Assembly: GCA_965369655.1 (NCBI GenBank) | Contig: CBDUQR010000001.1 | Coordinates: 96,001-160,000, forward strand | Length of the DNA stretch: 64,000 nt | DNA from: an uncultured bacterium | GTDB taxonomy: Bacteria > Zixibacteria > MSB-5A5 > JAABVY01 > JAHJOQ01 | Direction: 5' to 3' | Part shown: positions 25,725 through 36,147 of the stretch, in pieces | Layout: each line of letters starts with the position of its first letter | Position numbering within the stretch: the stretch's first letter is position 1 | Notes under the pieces: model-generated | What the model was told of the DNA's origin: nothing | The model's database searches: none | Seen by the model: the letters and a program-made list of their open reading frames with translations, nothing else | Made by a program: the position numbers and the translations under genes

Positions 25725-27143
25725 ATGACCCTGAAAGCTCTTCAGACGATGGCCAAGCGGGATAAAGTCGAATTCATTGATATCAAGTTCGCAGACCTCT
25801 TAGGCCGCTGGCGACATGTCACGCTTCCAGTCGAATCATTGAAGCAGAAACTGTTCGATCACGGGATTGGCGTGGATGGCTCGTCAGTGTCAGGATTTGC
25901 GCAGGTCAAAGCCGGCGATATGCTACTTTCTGTTGATCGAAGTACCGCATTCATCGATCCATTCTGGGAGCATCCGACGATGTCGTTCATCGGCGATGTC
26001 GTTTCGGTCAAAGACGGCAAAGTCTCGCCATTTTCACGCAATCCGAGAACTGTCGCGAAGCGTGCGGAGGACTTTCTCAGAAAATCTAAGATTGCTGATG
26101 AGAGCAGATGGTTGCCTGAGTTCGAGTTCAATCTGTTTACATCTGTCGCGTATCATCAGGACACTGGCTGCGGATACTACTTCGTCGACTCCAAAGAAGC
26201 CGAATGGAACACCGGCGAGGATGATCCGGAGAATTACGGCTACCAGATACCATACAAGCGCGGCTACCATGCCGCGCCGCCATCGGATCAGACATACGAA
26301 ATCCGCAGCGACATGTGCGCAATCCTGAAAAGCCTCGGCGTGCCGATCAAGTACCATCATCACGAGGTAAGCGGCGCATCGCAGCAAGAGATTGAGGTCG
26401 ACTACGGCAGCCTGCTCGAAACAGCAGATCGTTGCATGTTGGTCAAGTATGTGGTTAAGAACACCGCTTTGAGACACAATATGTCTGCGACATTTATGCC
26501 GAAGCCGCTCTACAATGAGCCGGGCAACGGCATGCACTTCCATCAGTATCTGGTCAAAAGCGGCAAGTCTGTGTTTTACAATTCTAAGAAGAACCTCAAG
26601 CTTTCCAATGCGGGAAGATACTATATCGGCGGCCTGCTCAAGCATGCTCCAGCGCTGCTCTGTATCTGTTCGCCATCGACCAACTCGTACAAGCGGCTCG
26701 TGCCCGGATTCGAGGCGCCGGTTAAGAGTACATACTCGATCGCTAACAGGAGCGCTGCGATTCGCATTCCCGGCTACCAACTCGACCCATCGACATACGA
26801 CATGGAGTTCCGTCCGCCGGATGCCACCTGCAATCCATATCTTGCGATTGCCGCACAGCTCATGGCCGGACTCGACGGCATCAGAAACAAAATCGATCCG
26901 GGTGCGGACACATCGGAAGACATCACCCACATGTCAGAGCGGAAACTATCGAAGATACCGACACTGCCGGCATCGTTGAGGCATGCGATCATCGCCCTCA
27001 AGAAAGATTGCGATTTCCTCCTTAAAGGCGGCGTGTTCACCGAGGACCTGATCGACGAGTGGGTGCGTATCAAGCAGGACGAAGCCGATGCCATCAGCGT
27101 CCGCCCACACCCACATGAGTTTAGTTTGTACTTTAACTGTTAA
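25725..27143 (+). CDS. glnA: Glutamine synthetase type I
   Basis: DGSS, HHHEV, ATFMPKP, GNGMHFH, NSYKRLVPGFEAP, NRSAAIRIP, EFRPPDATCNPYLA, RPHPHEF. Confidence 0.97.
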   Translation: MTLKALQTMAKRDKVEFIDIKFADLLGRWRHVTLPVESLKQKLFDHGIGVDGSSVSGFAQVKAGDMLLSVDRSTAFIDPFWEHPTMSFIGDVVSVKDGKVSPFSRNPRTVAKRAEDFLRKSKIADESRWLPEFEFNLFTSVAYHQDTGCGYYFVDSKEAEWNTGEDDPENYGYQIPYKRGYHAAPPSDQTYEIRSDMCAILKSLGVPIKYHHHEVSGASQQEIEVDYGSLLETADRCMLVKYVVKNTALRHNMSATFMPKPLYNEPGNGMHFHQYLVKSGKSVFYNSKKNLKLSNAGRYYIGGLLKHAPALLCICSPSTNSYKRLVPGFEAPVKSTYSIANRSAAIRIPGYQLDPSTYDMEFRPPDATCNPYLAIAAQLMAGLDGIRNKIDPGADTSEDITHMSERKLSKIPTLPASLRHAIIALKKDCDFLLKGGVFTEDLIDEWVRIKQDEADAISVRPHPHEFSLYFNC

Positions 27144-27259
27144 TCTGACAGTATCGCAGAGTGCATGCTCATGTAAGAACACAGATTGCTGTTGACAGTA
27201 TGCTCAACCATCGGTACTTTGCTCATGGGTGAGCCCTCCAACCTAAAGGTTGAGTTAGA

Positions 27260-28933
27260 ATGTTCAGAGTCTTTTTCGCTATTTCCCTGGCATCGCTCAC
27301 GATTCTCGTGAGTTGCAGTGGCGAAAATGAAACGCCGACTGTGACTGATACGATACCGCCACATGTGGTCTCGACAATTCCTCTTGCTGACGCTGATTCG
27401 GTTAGTATCAATACGGTGATTTCAGCAACATTCTCGGAGAATATCAATCCTGCTACGATTGACTCTACAACTTTCATACTCGATATAACGCAGTCAGGAG
27501 AGCAAATCTCAAGTACAATAGACGTCGATGAACACACCGTCACTCTTGCTCCTTCAACTACGCTTATGTATGACACTTCGTACACAGCCAGGCTGGTGAG
27601 TGGTATCACAGACATGGCAGGTAACGCGCTTCATGATGAATACTCCTGGTCATTTCGGACTTGCGATAGCAGTATGATTGATACGATACCGCCACATGTG
27701 GTCTCGACAATTCCTCTTGCTGACGCTGATTCGGTTAGTATCAATACGGTGATTTCAGCAACATTCTCGGAGAATATCAATCCTGCTACGATTGACTCTA
27801 CAACTTTCATACTCGATATAACGCAGTCAGGAGAGCAAATCTCAGGTACAATAGACGTCGATGAACACACCGTCACTCTTGCCCCTTCAACTACGCTTAT
27901 GTATGACACTTCATACACCGCCAGACTTATGAGCCAAATCACAGACACAGCAGGCAACGAACTCCGTAGTGAATACTCCTGGTCATTCAACACAATTGGA
28001 CGTAGCTCACCCGACACTGGCTGGTCACTCCGTGCCTCGGGTACCTCAGTCTACCTTACCGATGTTGTTTGGACCGGTGATGGGTTCATCGCTGTGGGAA
28101 TAACCAGCACGGTGGTCACTTCTAGTGACGGGATTTCATGGCGGGCTTCACAAATCAGCGTTGAAGACAATTACCTTGCCTCAATAGCTCATTGTGGAGA
28201 CGCACTAATGATAGTAGGTTGGCATCAGCAATCATATCAACCTCGCACGTTTGTTTCCACTGATGGGATATCTTGGATTCCTGCTATCTCGTTCAGCGAC
28301 AGTTCGAAAACTCTAATAGACGTAGCCCATACAGGAACACACTACATCGCTGTAGGAGGTTGGGGTGTCGCAATGGAATCACCCGATGGATTGCACTGGA
28401 CAAGAATCATAGATCTCTGGGATGTGAGCGCCTTCAAAGCTGCATTGTGGCATGACAGCAAGCTATTCGCTGTAGGATATACACGCGATTACGATGATGA
28501 CCTTTACCCATCTCCATACAGATCGGTCGTTTATACGTATGATCTGTTCACATGGTCGGAAGTGTGGAGATCTGGCGACCTTCCATGTGACACTTGGCTT
28601 AACGATATTATACACACTGGAGATATGTTCATCGCAGTTGGTTTTGGTTCGACAGAGTACGGGGGTGGTTCAATAATCACCTCAACTGATGGTACGGCTT
28701 GGAAGTATCGCTATCCAGGTCAACACACATGCCACTATAGTGAAGTCATCCACGTAAGTGGTGTTACCTATGTAGCCGGAAGCCAAGGAGTTGTGTTAAG
28801 AACTGATGATTTTACATCCTGGGAAGTCTGTCAGACGAATACAGACGAACATCTGAACGCAATAGCCTATGGAAACTCTACAATAGTAGTTGTGGGGTCC
28901 AATGGTACTATCCTCACTTCACCATTGAGATGA
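27260..28933 (+). CDS. Lipoprotein with two Ig-like (Big_5/SbsA-type) domains and a C-terminal BNR/beta-propeller-like domain
   Basis: Lipobox LVSC; 'DTIPPHVVST.P....VSINTVISATFSE' twice; S.DG..W repeats; AT-richer than flanks. Confidence 0.85.
   Translation: MFRVFFAISLASLTILVSCSGENETPTVTDTIPPHVVSTIPLADADSVSINTVISATFSENINPATIDSTTFILDITQSGEQISSTIDVDEHTVTLAPSTTLMYDTSYTARLVSGITDMAGNALHDEYSWSFRTCDSSMIDTIPPHVVSTIPLADADSVSINTVISATFSENINPATIDSTTFILDITQSGEQISGTIDVDEHTVTLAPSTTLMYDTSYTARLMSQITDTAGNELRSEYSWSFNTIGRSSPDTGWSLRASGTSVYLTDVVWTGDGFIAVGITSTVVTSSDGISWRASQISVEDNYLASIAHCGDALMIVGWHQQSYQPRTFVSTDGISWIPAISFSDSSKTLIDVAHTGTHYIAVGGWGVAMESPDGLHWTRIIDLWDVSAFKAALWHDSKLFAVGYTRDYDDDLYPSPYRSVVYTYDLFTWSEVWRSGDLPCDTWLNDIIHTGDMFIAVGFGSTEYGGGSIITSTDGTAWKYRYPGQHTCHYSEVIHVSGVTYVAGSQGVVLRTDDFTSWEVCQTNTDEHLNAIAYGNSTIVVVGSNGTILTSPLR
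27346..27987 (+). repeat. Intragenic direct repeat with 333-bp period
   Basis: 27346-27654 matches 27679-27987; first ~230 bp almost identical. Confidence 0.95.
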
Positions 28934-29776
28934 ATTTGTAGAATATTCAACGCTCTCCCACTTCGGATAGCTCCCCAGCACTTTCACAAAATGCGTGATT
29001 TCTTCGAGGTGGTTGAGGGCGTTCCGGACTTCCTGTTGCTGTACTGTGCCCTCGAAATCGAGATAAAAATAATACTGCCAGGCTTTCTTGCGGACAGGAC
29101 GTGATTCTATTTTGGTCAAATCAATATCGCGCAGCGCAAACACAGAAAGAACCTTGAACAACACTCCCGGCTGATTCTTCATAGAAAACACAATCGATGT
29201 CTTCCCGGGACCGCTGAACTTTTTCGGCTTTCGTCCAAGCAGCAGAAACCGCGTGAAATTCGTCTTTTCGTCTTCGAGAGATTTCCGCAGCACTTTCATT
29301 CCATAGATTTCAGCGGCATACGGCTGCGCAAGTGCGGCGGCATCGTCGGGTTTGTCTTCTGCGAGCATTTTCACCGCACCGCCGGTATCGTAATACAACA
29401 CAGGTTCGATCTGTGGATTGCGCTCGAAAAATCCGCTGCACTGCTCCAACGCCGCAGGATGCGAATAGACTTTTGATATTCGCTTGAACCCAATCCCTCT
29501 CGGCGCGATCAAACTGAGCGAAATGCGAAGCTGCGTCTCGCCCACAACGCTCAGATCGCGTTCCAGCAGCAGATCGTAACTCTTGTGGATCGATCCGATC
29601 AGCGAGTTTTCGATTGGGATGATTCCAAGAGAAGCCTTGCGCGATTCGACAAGATCGAATACGGAAGCAAATGACTTGGCGCCGACAACAGAAATGCTGT
29701 CGCCAAGAAGCCGCCGTGCGGCTACTTCTGAAAATGCGCCTCGTTCACCCTGGAATGCAACTCTTGAGCGGCTCAT
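28919..29776 (-). CDS. pheA: Prephenate dehydratase (PDT + ACT)
   Basis: AFQGERGAFSE, PIENS..GS, SHP.AL.QC, NFTRF, LTKIESRP, LGSYP. Confidence 0.95.
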   Translation of the reverse strand: MSRSRVAFQGERGAFSEVAARRLLGDSISVVGAKSFASVFDLVESRKASLGIIPIENSLIGSIHKSYDLLLERDLSVVGETQLRISLSLIAPRGIGFKRISKVYSHPAALEQCSGFFERNPQIEPVLYYDTGGAVKMLAEDKPDDAAALAQPYAAEIYGMKVLRKSLEDEKTNFTRFLLLGRKPKKFSGPGKTSIVFSMKNQPGVLFKVLSVFALRDIDLTKIESRPVRKKAWQYYFYLDFEGTVQQQEVRNALNHLEEITHFVKVLGSYPKWESVEYSTNSSQW

Positions 29777-29829
29777 ACCTGATTGGTCGGTACGAACGCA
29801 AGAATGCTTAAAGAAGAAAAGACGGCAGC

Positions 29830-31077
29830 TTAGTTCTTCATCGAATCCAGGAATTTAGTGTTCGACTTGGTCTTCTTGACTCTATCCAGCAAGAATTCCA
29901 TACCCTCGACCGGGTTCATCTCAGCAAGGAATTTCCGCATAATCCAGACCTTATTGAGCTGATCGGATGTGAGCAGAAGTTCTTCCTTACGAGTACCGGA
30001 GCGATTGATGTCCATCGCCGGGAAAATTCTTCGATCCGAAAGCCTGCGGTCGAGCACGATTTCCATATTGCCGGTGCCCTTGAATTCCTCGAAGATGACC
30101 TCATCCATTCGGGAGCCGGTCTCGATCAGCGCTGTGCCGATGATAGTCAGCGATCCGCCCTCTTCGATGTTTCGCGCTGCGCCGAAGAATCTTTTCGGCC
30201 TGTGCAAGGCGTTCGAATCGACGCCACCCGACAGGATCTTGCCGGAATGCGGGACGACCGCGTTGTGCGCGCGCGCGAGTCTCGTGATCGAGTCGAGCAG
30301 GATAACCACGTCGTGTTGATGCTCGACAAGGCGCTTCGCTTTCGCGATCACCATGTCCGCAACCTGCACATGACGCTCTGCGGGCTCATCGAATGTTGAC
30401 GATACGACCTCGCCCTTCACCGACCGAGCCATTTCGGTAACCTCTTCCGGACGCTCATCGATCAGCAGCACGATCAGCTTCATCTCCGGATGGTTCGTCG
30501 CGATAGCATTCGCGATACGCTGCAGGATGATAGTCTTTCCCGCTTTCGGAGGCGAGGTGATTAGTCCGCGCTGGCCCTTCCCGATCGGCGTCATCAGGTC
30601 CATGATCCTCGTAGTGTACTCCGACGGAGAATACTCGAGCTTGATCTTCTCCTGCGGATAGAGCGGCGTGAGGTTATCAAAGAGAATCTTGTGCTTCGCA
30701 ATCTCGGGATTCTCGAAATTGACTGCCTCGATCTTGAGCAGTGCGAAATACCGCTCGGATTCCTTCGGCGGCCTTACCTGACCCGAGACCGTGTCGCCGG
30801 TGCGCAGATCGAATCTCTTTATCTGCGATGGCGAAACATAGATGTCGTCCGGTCCCGGAAGGTAGTTGTAATCTGATGAGCGAAGAAACCCGTAGCCCTC
30901 GTCAAGAATCTGCAGGACGCCTTCGGCGAAAATCAGGCCGTCTTTCTCGGTATTCGCTTCAAGAATCTTGAAGATCAGTTCCTGTTTTCGCAGCCCGGAT
31001 ACTCCCGGGATATCGAGCTCCTCGGCCATCTTGAGAAGCTCGGCGATGGTTTTACTTTTCAGGTCGACAATGTCCAT
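29830..31077 (-). CDS. rho: Transcription termination factor Rho
   Basis: [50 protein letters not shown]. Confidence 0.99.
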   Translation of the reverse strand: MDIVDLKSKTIAELLKMAEELDIPGVSGLRKQELIFKILEANTEKDGLIFAEGVLQILDEGYGFLRSSDYNYLPGPDDIYVSPSQIKRFDLRTGDTVSGQVRPPKESERYFALLKIEAVNFENPEIAKHKILFDNLTPLYPQEKIKLEYSPSEYTTRIMDLMTPIGKGQRGLITSPPKAGKTIILQRIANAIATNHPEMKLIVLLIDERPEEVTEMARSVKGEVVSSTFDEPAERHVQVADMVIAKAKRLVEHQHDVVILLDSITRLARAHNAVVPHSGKILSGGVDSNALHRPKRFFGAARNIEEGGSLTIIGTALIETGSRMDEVIFEEFKGTGNMEIVLDRRLSDRRIFPAMDINRSGTRKEELLLTSDQLNKVWIMRKFLAEMNPVEGMEFLLDRVKKTKSNTKFLDSMKN

Positions 31078-31165
31078 AGTGATTAACCTTTCACTCTATG
31101 AAATAACTCATTTTATCGATTGTAGTGAACGTGCTGTTTCGTGGATTGAGGGGATCGCCTAAGTG

Positions 31166-31519
31166 TTACTTTTCCTCCAATCTTTCGGATGGAGCGTCAC
31201 CCCACAGTCGTTCGAGACCGTAGAATTCCCTCTTTTCCTGAAGAAATATGTGCACAACAACATCAACATAGTCCAAAAGAACCCAACTGCCGTATGAAAG
31301 CCCTTCGATATGCCACGGCTTCTGATCTTCTTCTGCAAGGCCGTCCCTAATACTCTCAGCTATTGCCTTGTTGTGGATATCAGCGGCGCCGGAACATATC
31401 ACAAAGAAGTCTGTTACCGACGTGAGCCCTCGTAAGTCCAGAATAACTACATCATTCGCTTTCTTGTCAAGGGCAAAAGTTCCTGCAAGGCGGGCTAATT
31501 CGTGCGAGTCAGATACCAA
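31166..31519 (-). CDS. rsfS: Ribosomal silencing factor RsfS
   Basis: DKKA.D, DFFVICSG, WVLLDYVDVVVHIF, REFYGLERLW. Confidence 0.97.
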   Translation of the reverse strand: MVSDSHELARLAGTFALDKKANDVVILDLRGLTSVTDFFVICSGAADIHNKAIAESIRDGLAEEDQKPWHIEGLSYGSWVLLDYVDVVVHIFLQEKREFYGLERLWGDAPSERLEEK

Positions 31520-31558
31520 TAGCCTGAGTCAGCTCCTTCCCAACAGGTTGATTCCAGG

Positions 31559-32080
31559 TCATTCTGAACCTGTCCTGGCGTTGAGCACCCGTTCGACATC
31601 CTTGCCGATTATTACGGTGATGTCTATGCTCAGGAAATTATCGTCAAGAGACCTCAGCACGACATTAGCCGGATCAGCGCCGAGTTCGGCTGCAAGTCTG
31701 TCGGCATACTCGATGGCGCGCTCGTCGCGTACGATCAGCATTGTCTCCGTCACATTGTAGGATTCGAAATTCTCGACCTCAATAACGTCGAACTCCGCGC
31801 CCTCAACTTTGCTCGCCCTGATTAAATCGGCGGTCAGGGATGCCGCTTTAGTTATTCCGCATCCGTTCAGCACCTGAACCCTGAGATATGTCCTCTCCGG
31901 CGGAAGGCTCGAAGATTCTCCCGACATGATCTTCAGCACGGTCGAAGAGACGAATACGAGCACAACCAGCGACAAGACTCCGATCACATAGTTCAAACCT
32001 CTTCCGGGCGGCCGAGCCGACAACCGGGAAAGGTACTGCTTGTGAGTCGGAAGCTTTGATTTCTTTCTTCTGCGAGGCAA
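31559..32080 (-). CDS. LytR C-terminal domain membrane protein
   Basis: One TM helix; VQVLNGCG...A, DITVIIGKD. Confidence 0.85.
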   Translation of the reverse strand: MPRRRKKSKLPTHKQYLSRLSARPPGRGLNYVIGVLSLVVLVFVSSTVLKIMSGESSSLPPERTYLRVQVLNGCGITKAASLTADLIRASKVEGAEFDVIEVENFESYNVTETMLIVRDERAIEYADRLAAELGADPANVVLRSLDDNFLSIDITVIIGKDVERVLNARTGSE

Positions 32081-32084
32081 GAAA

Positions 32085-32579
32085 TCACCATATCACGTTA
32101 TTGAATGGACGAGTGCCATACGGACGGTAATATCTCCCCTGCCCGCCATAGACACCCGGAACAGTCTCATAGCTTATCAACAGATGGAACTTTTCGGATG
32201 GCTGATAGAGCAACCTGACGTTGGGAAGTATCGAACCGTAGTCTTTCGTTCCGCGGCTGTCTCCCCAGAGCACCTGAGACGGCTGATGCAACCAACCGAG
32301 AGTCACATCCACGCTCAGAGAATTCGACAGGCTGTATCGCATCGAGTTCATGTAGAGACCAATTGTTTCGCCATGGCCACCGTACGAAAAATAACTGACT
32401 GAGTAGGAATGGTTCATCGAGAACCGGTTAGGATCGAGCAGGGAAAACCTGCTGTCGAAGCTACCCGCACCGATACCCATCGCCGAATTCTCATTCGCAT
32501 CCCTGTTCAGCATAGTATCAGCACTGAGCGTTGCAGCCATTGCCATAACGCATACAATCACTGTCAAAAAACGTCTCAT
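32085..32579 (-). CDS. Exported hypothetical protein
   Basis: Signal peptide, beta-strand pattern (FSMNHSYSVSY, PNVRLLYQPSE); SD GGAGG. Confidence 0.75.
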   Translation of the reverse strand: MRRFLTVIVCVMAMAATLSADTMLNRDANENSAMGIGAGSFDSRFSLLDPNRFSMNHSYSVSYFSYGGHGETIGLYMNSMRYSLSNSLSVDVTLGWLHQPSQVLWGDSRGTKDYGSILPNVRLLYQPSEKFHLLISYETVPGVYGGQGRYYRPYGTRPFNNVIW

Positions 32580-32637
32580 ATCGTGCCTAACCTCCGGAGA
32601 TTTGCCGGATAAAAGGAACCGTATTGTTCATGTCGTG

Positions 32638-33393
32638 TCAAGATAAAACCCTTTGTCCCATAATGGACTCGGCCTGCGCTAACTCATCAGGTGAGTTCAC
32701 ACCGACAGTTTCACGATAGTCCTCGGCGCAATAAGCGGCTGTCGGAAGTCCCTGCTGCATGAAGACCTGCATGACATCCGTCAGATAATACTCTCCCTGG
32801 CTGTTATCATTATCGACACTGCGCAATGCCTCAAACAGCGGCTTCGTCCGAAATATAAACGTTCCAGTGTTGATTTCGTCAATTTTCCGCTCGTCGTCAG
32901 AGGCATCTTTATGTTCTACGATTTTCCGAACCATCGAGTTCCCATCCCGGATGATTCTGCCATAGCCTGTCGGATCCGGGAGTTTCGCGGTCAGCACGGT
33001 CGCGGTGGCGCCGGTTTCTCTGTGTACGTCGATCATCTTCGCGACAGTCGAACTGCGGAGAAGCGGAACATCTCCCGCCAGGACGATCGTGTCGCCCTCA
33101 AATCCAGTCAGTTCCCGCTCTGCTATCTGAACAGCATGGCCGGTTCCAAGCTGCTTTTCCTGGAGAACGAATGTCACTCCGGGGCGAGCGATCGCTTTTT
33201 CCACCTTCCCGGCCTTGTATCCGACGACGACGACAGTTTTCGAGACCGACAGTTCGGACAGCGTATCCAGCACATGCTCCACCAGCGGCTTGCCGGCAAG
33301 CACATGCAGGACCTTGGGGAGGTCTGATTTCATTCGCTCGCCTTTGCCCGCAGCGAGGACAATGGCAGCCAGTTTTTCGGGATTATCAGTCAT
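32638..33393 (-). CDS. GlmU-like nucleotidyltransferase (N-terminal uridyltransferase domain only)
   Basis: LAAGKGERMKS.LPKVLH, QLGTGHAV, GDVPL, GYGRI, EINTG, EYYLTD, GVNS; no LbH domain. Confidence 0.9.
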   Translation of the reverse strand: MTDNPEKLAAIVLAAGKGERMKSDLPKVLHVLAGKPLVEHVLDTLSELSVSKTVVVVGYKAGKVEKAIARPGVTFVLQEKQLGTGHAVQIAERELTGFEGDTIVLAGDVPLLRSSTVAKMIDVHRETGATATVLTAKLPDPTGYGRIIRDGNSMVRKIVEHKDASDDERKIDEINTGTFIFRTKPLFEALRSVDNDNSQGEYYLTDVMQVFMQQGLPTAAYCAEDYRETVGVNSPDELAQAESIMGQRVLS

Positions 33394-33751
33394 CTATGAT
33401 CTTGTTATTGCTATCGACATGAACGATTCGAGGCTTGAAGCCTTTCGCTTCGTCATGCGGCATTATAGAATATGCTATAATGATAACTTTGTCGCCGATG
33501 GAGCCAAGTCTCGCTGCCGCTCCGTTGAGGCATATTGTGCCGGAGTCACGTTCACCTCGAATCACGTAAGTCTCTATCCTGCTGCCTGTACTAAGATTGA
33601 GCACCTGAACCTTTTCGTACTCCAAAAGTCCGGAAGCATCTACAAGGGTCCCGTCGATTGTGATCGAGCCCTCGTATTCGAGATTCGCCTCGGTTACGGT
33701 GGCGCGATGAATCTTCGCGCGACACATGTGCAGGAAATTCGATTCGTTCAT
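33386..33751 (-). CDS. panD: Aspartate 1-decarboxylase
   Basis: KIHRATVT.ANL.YEGSITID, RIETY, NGAAAR. Confidence 0.97.
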   Translation of the reverse strand: MNESNFLHMCRAKIHRATVTEANLEYEGSITIDGTLVDASGLLEYEKVQVLNLSTGSRIETYVIRGERDSGTICLNGAAARLGSIGDKVIIIAYSIMPHDEAKGFKPRIVHVDSNNKIIDD

Positions 33752-33755
33752 ATTC

Positions 33756-34616
33756 TCAGCCTCGCGATTTACTCGCGGCTACCACAATATTGTCAATCAA
33801 TCTGACGCCGTCAAGCCTCACAGCCAAAGAAATCAGCGCTTTGCCGATAATTCTGTCGAGATCATCCAGAGTCGCGGCGTCATTGATCGATATGTACTCT
33901 ATCTCAATGCCTTTCGTACGCCTTATCGGTTCTCTAACCGCCGCAGCTACTTTCCTTGCGTCCAACTCGCCAGACTGGACAAGTTCTCGCCCATTCCTGA
34001 GCCCACGATAAATACATGATGCACGGTCGAGTTGTTCCGTGTTAAAATAGCGATTTCTCGATGACATGGCCAAGCCCGATTTCTCCCGCATGGTTAGAGC
34101 TACAGCAATCTTTACGGGTATATTCAGATCCCGCACCATCCGTTTAATCACAACCGCTTGCTGGGCATCCTTTTGCCCGAAAACTGCCACATCAGGCGTG
34201 ACAGCATTCAGCAGTTTTGCCACGATTGTCGTCACACCCCTGAAATGCGTCGGCCTGAACCTGCCATCGAGCTTCCGAGTGATTCCCTCAGTCTCGACCC
34301 AGGTCATGTAGCCGGGCGGATACATCTCGTCACCAGAAGGCATAAACAAGTATTCGACATCGAGGTTCCTGAGCATCCTTCTGTCGGCACTCAGCGGTCG
34401 CGGATAATTCGCAAGGTCTTCCGATGGTCCGAACTGAGTCGGATTGACGAATATCGAGACTACGACAATATCGGTCAGATTCCTCGCTTTGCGCACGAGC
34501 GACAGATGGCCCTCATGAAGCGCGCCCATTGTCGGGACGAGACCAATCCTGCGTCCCAGCCGCTTTTCAGCCCTGGCCGTCTTCTGCATCGATTTCACTG
34601 TCTTGATTGTCTTCAT
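33756..34616 (-). CDS. panC: Pantoate-beta-alanine ligase
   Basis: VPTMGALHEGH, SIFVNPTQF, RPTHFRGV, FGQKDAQQ, GLAMSSRN, RLIDN. Confidence 0.98.
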   Translation of the reverse strand: MKTIKTVKSMQKTARAEKRLGRRIGLVPTMGALHEGHLSLVRKARNLTDIVVVSIFVNPTQFGPSEDLANYPRPLSADRRMLRNLDVEYLFMPSGDEMYPPGYMTWVETEGITRKLDGRFRPTHFRGVTTIVAKLLNAVTPDVAVFGQKDAQQAVVIKRMVRDLNIPVKIAVALTMREKSGLAMSSRNRYFNTEQLDRASCIYRGLRNGRELVQSGELDARKVAAAVREPIRRTKGIEIEYISINDAATLDDLDRIIGKALISLAVRLDGVRLIDNIVVAASKSRG

Positions 34617-34688
34617 CAGTCTGCGGCGTAATGGTTTTTTCCTGAGTGGATCAATCCGCCCCGTCAGTGCGACTCAATCGCGTCATGC

Positions 34689-35498
34689 TCAATATGTTTC
34701 GTCTTTCGACGGGTAGTCCCCGGACACGACATCAGAGATGAATTTCTCGCCGACCTCCCTGATCTTTCCGGCAAGGTCGAAGTACTTGCGAACAAACTTT
34801 GCGTCGAACGTCTCGTCGAGACCCATGATGTCGTTTATCACCATGATCTGGCCGTCGACGTTCTTTCCGGCGCCAATGCCGATCGTGGGGATCGTCAGGA
34901 GTTTTGTAATCTCCTCGGCGACATCCGGTTTCATCGCTTCGAGGACGATAGCGAACGAGCCGGAATCCTGCAAAGCCTGCGCGGAATCCATCAGGTATTC
35001 TCGCGACACGTCATCGCAGCCCTGCACCCGATACCCTCCGAATCTGTGTATCGACTGTGGCGTCAGGCCAATGTGACCCATGACCGGAATACCGACTTCC
35101 ACGAGCCGCCTGACCGTAGCCGCCATCTCGATGCCGCCCTCCAGCTTCACACCCTGCGCTCCCGCCTCCTTCAGATATCTGCCGGCATTGGCGATCGCTT
35201 CGGATGTCGACTGCTGGTAAGTAAGAAACGGCATGTCGCCGATGACGACCGCTCTCCGGGCAGCCCTTGCCACAGCTTCAGTGTGATAGAGACTCTGCTC
35301 CAGGGTCAGCGACAGCGTATCTTTCCTGCCGTAAAACACCATGTTCAAGCTGTCGCCGACGAGCAGCCCATCGACTCCGGAAGCATCGAGGTGCATGGCG
35401 GTGAAATAATCGTAAGCCGTCAGCCAGACCTGCTTCTTGCCATCTCGCTTCTTCTTGCCGATGTCTCTTATCGAGCATTTTTTCGTACGCATCATCAT
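34689..35498 (-). CDS. panB: 3-methyl-2-oxobutanoate hydroxymethyltransferase
   Basis: LTAYD, LVGDSL, GDMPF, VKLEGG, GHIGLTPQ, PTIGIGAG. Confidence 0.98.
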   Translation of the reverse strand: MMMRTKKCSIRDIGKKKRDGKKQVWLTAYDYFTAMHLDASGVDGLLVGDSLNMVFYGRKDTLSLTLEQSLYHTEAVARAARRAVVIGDMPFLTYQQSTSEAIANAGRYLKEAGAQGVKLEGGIEMAATVRRLVEVGIPVMGHIGLTPQSIHRFGGYRVQGCDDVSREYLMDSAQALQDSGSFAIVLEAMKPDVAEEITKLLTIPTIGIGAGKNVDGQIMVINDIMGLDETFDAKFVRKYFDLAGKIREVGEKFISDVVSGDYPSKDETY

Positions 35499-35500
35499 GA

Positions 35501-36145
35501 CTACAAAAACGATCTCCCCGGCGGAACGTAATAGTGCGTGCCCTTAATCGGTTTCTGAATCTGAGCCAGAAGATCCTCAAAATCCTCTTTGTTCTCGACA
35601 AAGTCAATCTCATCGGTCTTGACGACCAGCAGCGGTCCTTTGTCGTAGTTGAAAAAATAGAAATTGTATGCCTCGTTCAGTTCATCGAGATATCTGACAT
35701 CGATATTCCTCTCGTACGGGACGCCTCTCTTCCGAATGCGAGCGAGCAGGTTTTCCGTCGATGCCTGCAAATATATCACCAGATCGGGTTTCGGCAGCGT
35801 ACGCGAAATCAACTCGGCAATCTTGTCGTACAGATACATTTCATTCTCATCGAGATTGATCTGCGCAAACAGCCTGTCCTTGTCGAATGTGTAATCCGTC
35901 ACGATTCTCTGCATGAAAAGGTCGTGCGACACGAGTTTCATCTGCTGCTGATATCGCGCCACCAGGAAATAGAGCTGCGTTTGCAGGGCGTATTTCGAAC
36001 GATTCTTATAGAAGTCAGAAAGGAATGGATTCTCATCCGACTTCTCCAGGACAAGGTGCGCTGACAGATTCTCTGCCAGAATCCTGGAGAAACTGGTCTT
36101 CCCGACGCCGATCGGACCATCTACAGCCAGATACCGGTGATCCAC
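35501..36145 (-). CDS. Deoxynucleoside kinase
   Basis: GPIGVGKTS P-loop, NPFL..FY, PDLVIYLQA, RI.KRG; start taken at GTG 36145. Confidence 0.92.
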   Translation of the reverse strand: MDHRYLAVDGPIGVGKTSFSRILAENLSAHLVLEKSDENPFLSDFYKNRSKYALQTQLYFLVARYQQQMKLVSHDLFMQRIVTDYTFDKDRLFAQINLDENEMYLYDKIAELISRTLPKPDLVIYLQASTENLLARIRKRGVPYERNIDVRYLDELNEAYNFYFFNYDKGPLLVVKTDEIDFVENKEDFEDLLAQIQKPIKGTHYYVPPGRSFL

Positions 36146-36147
36146 AG

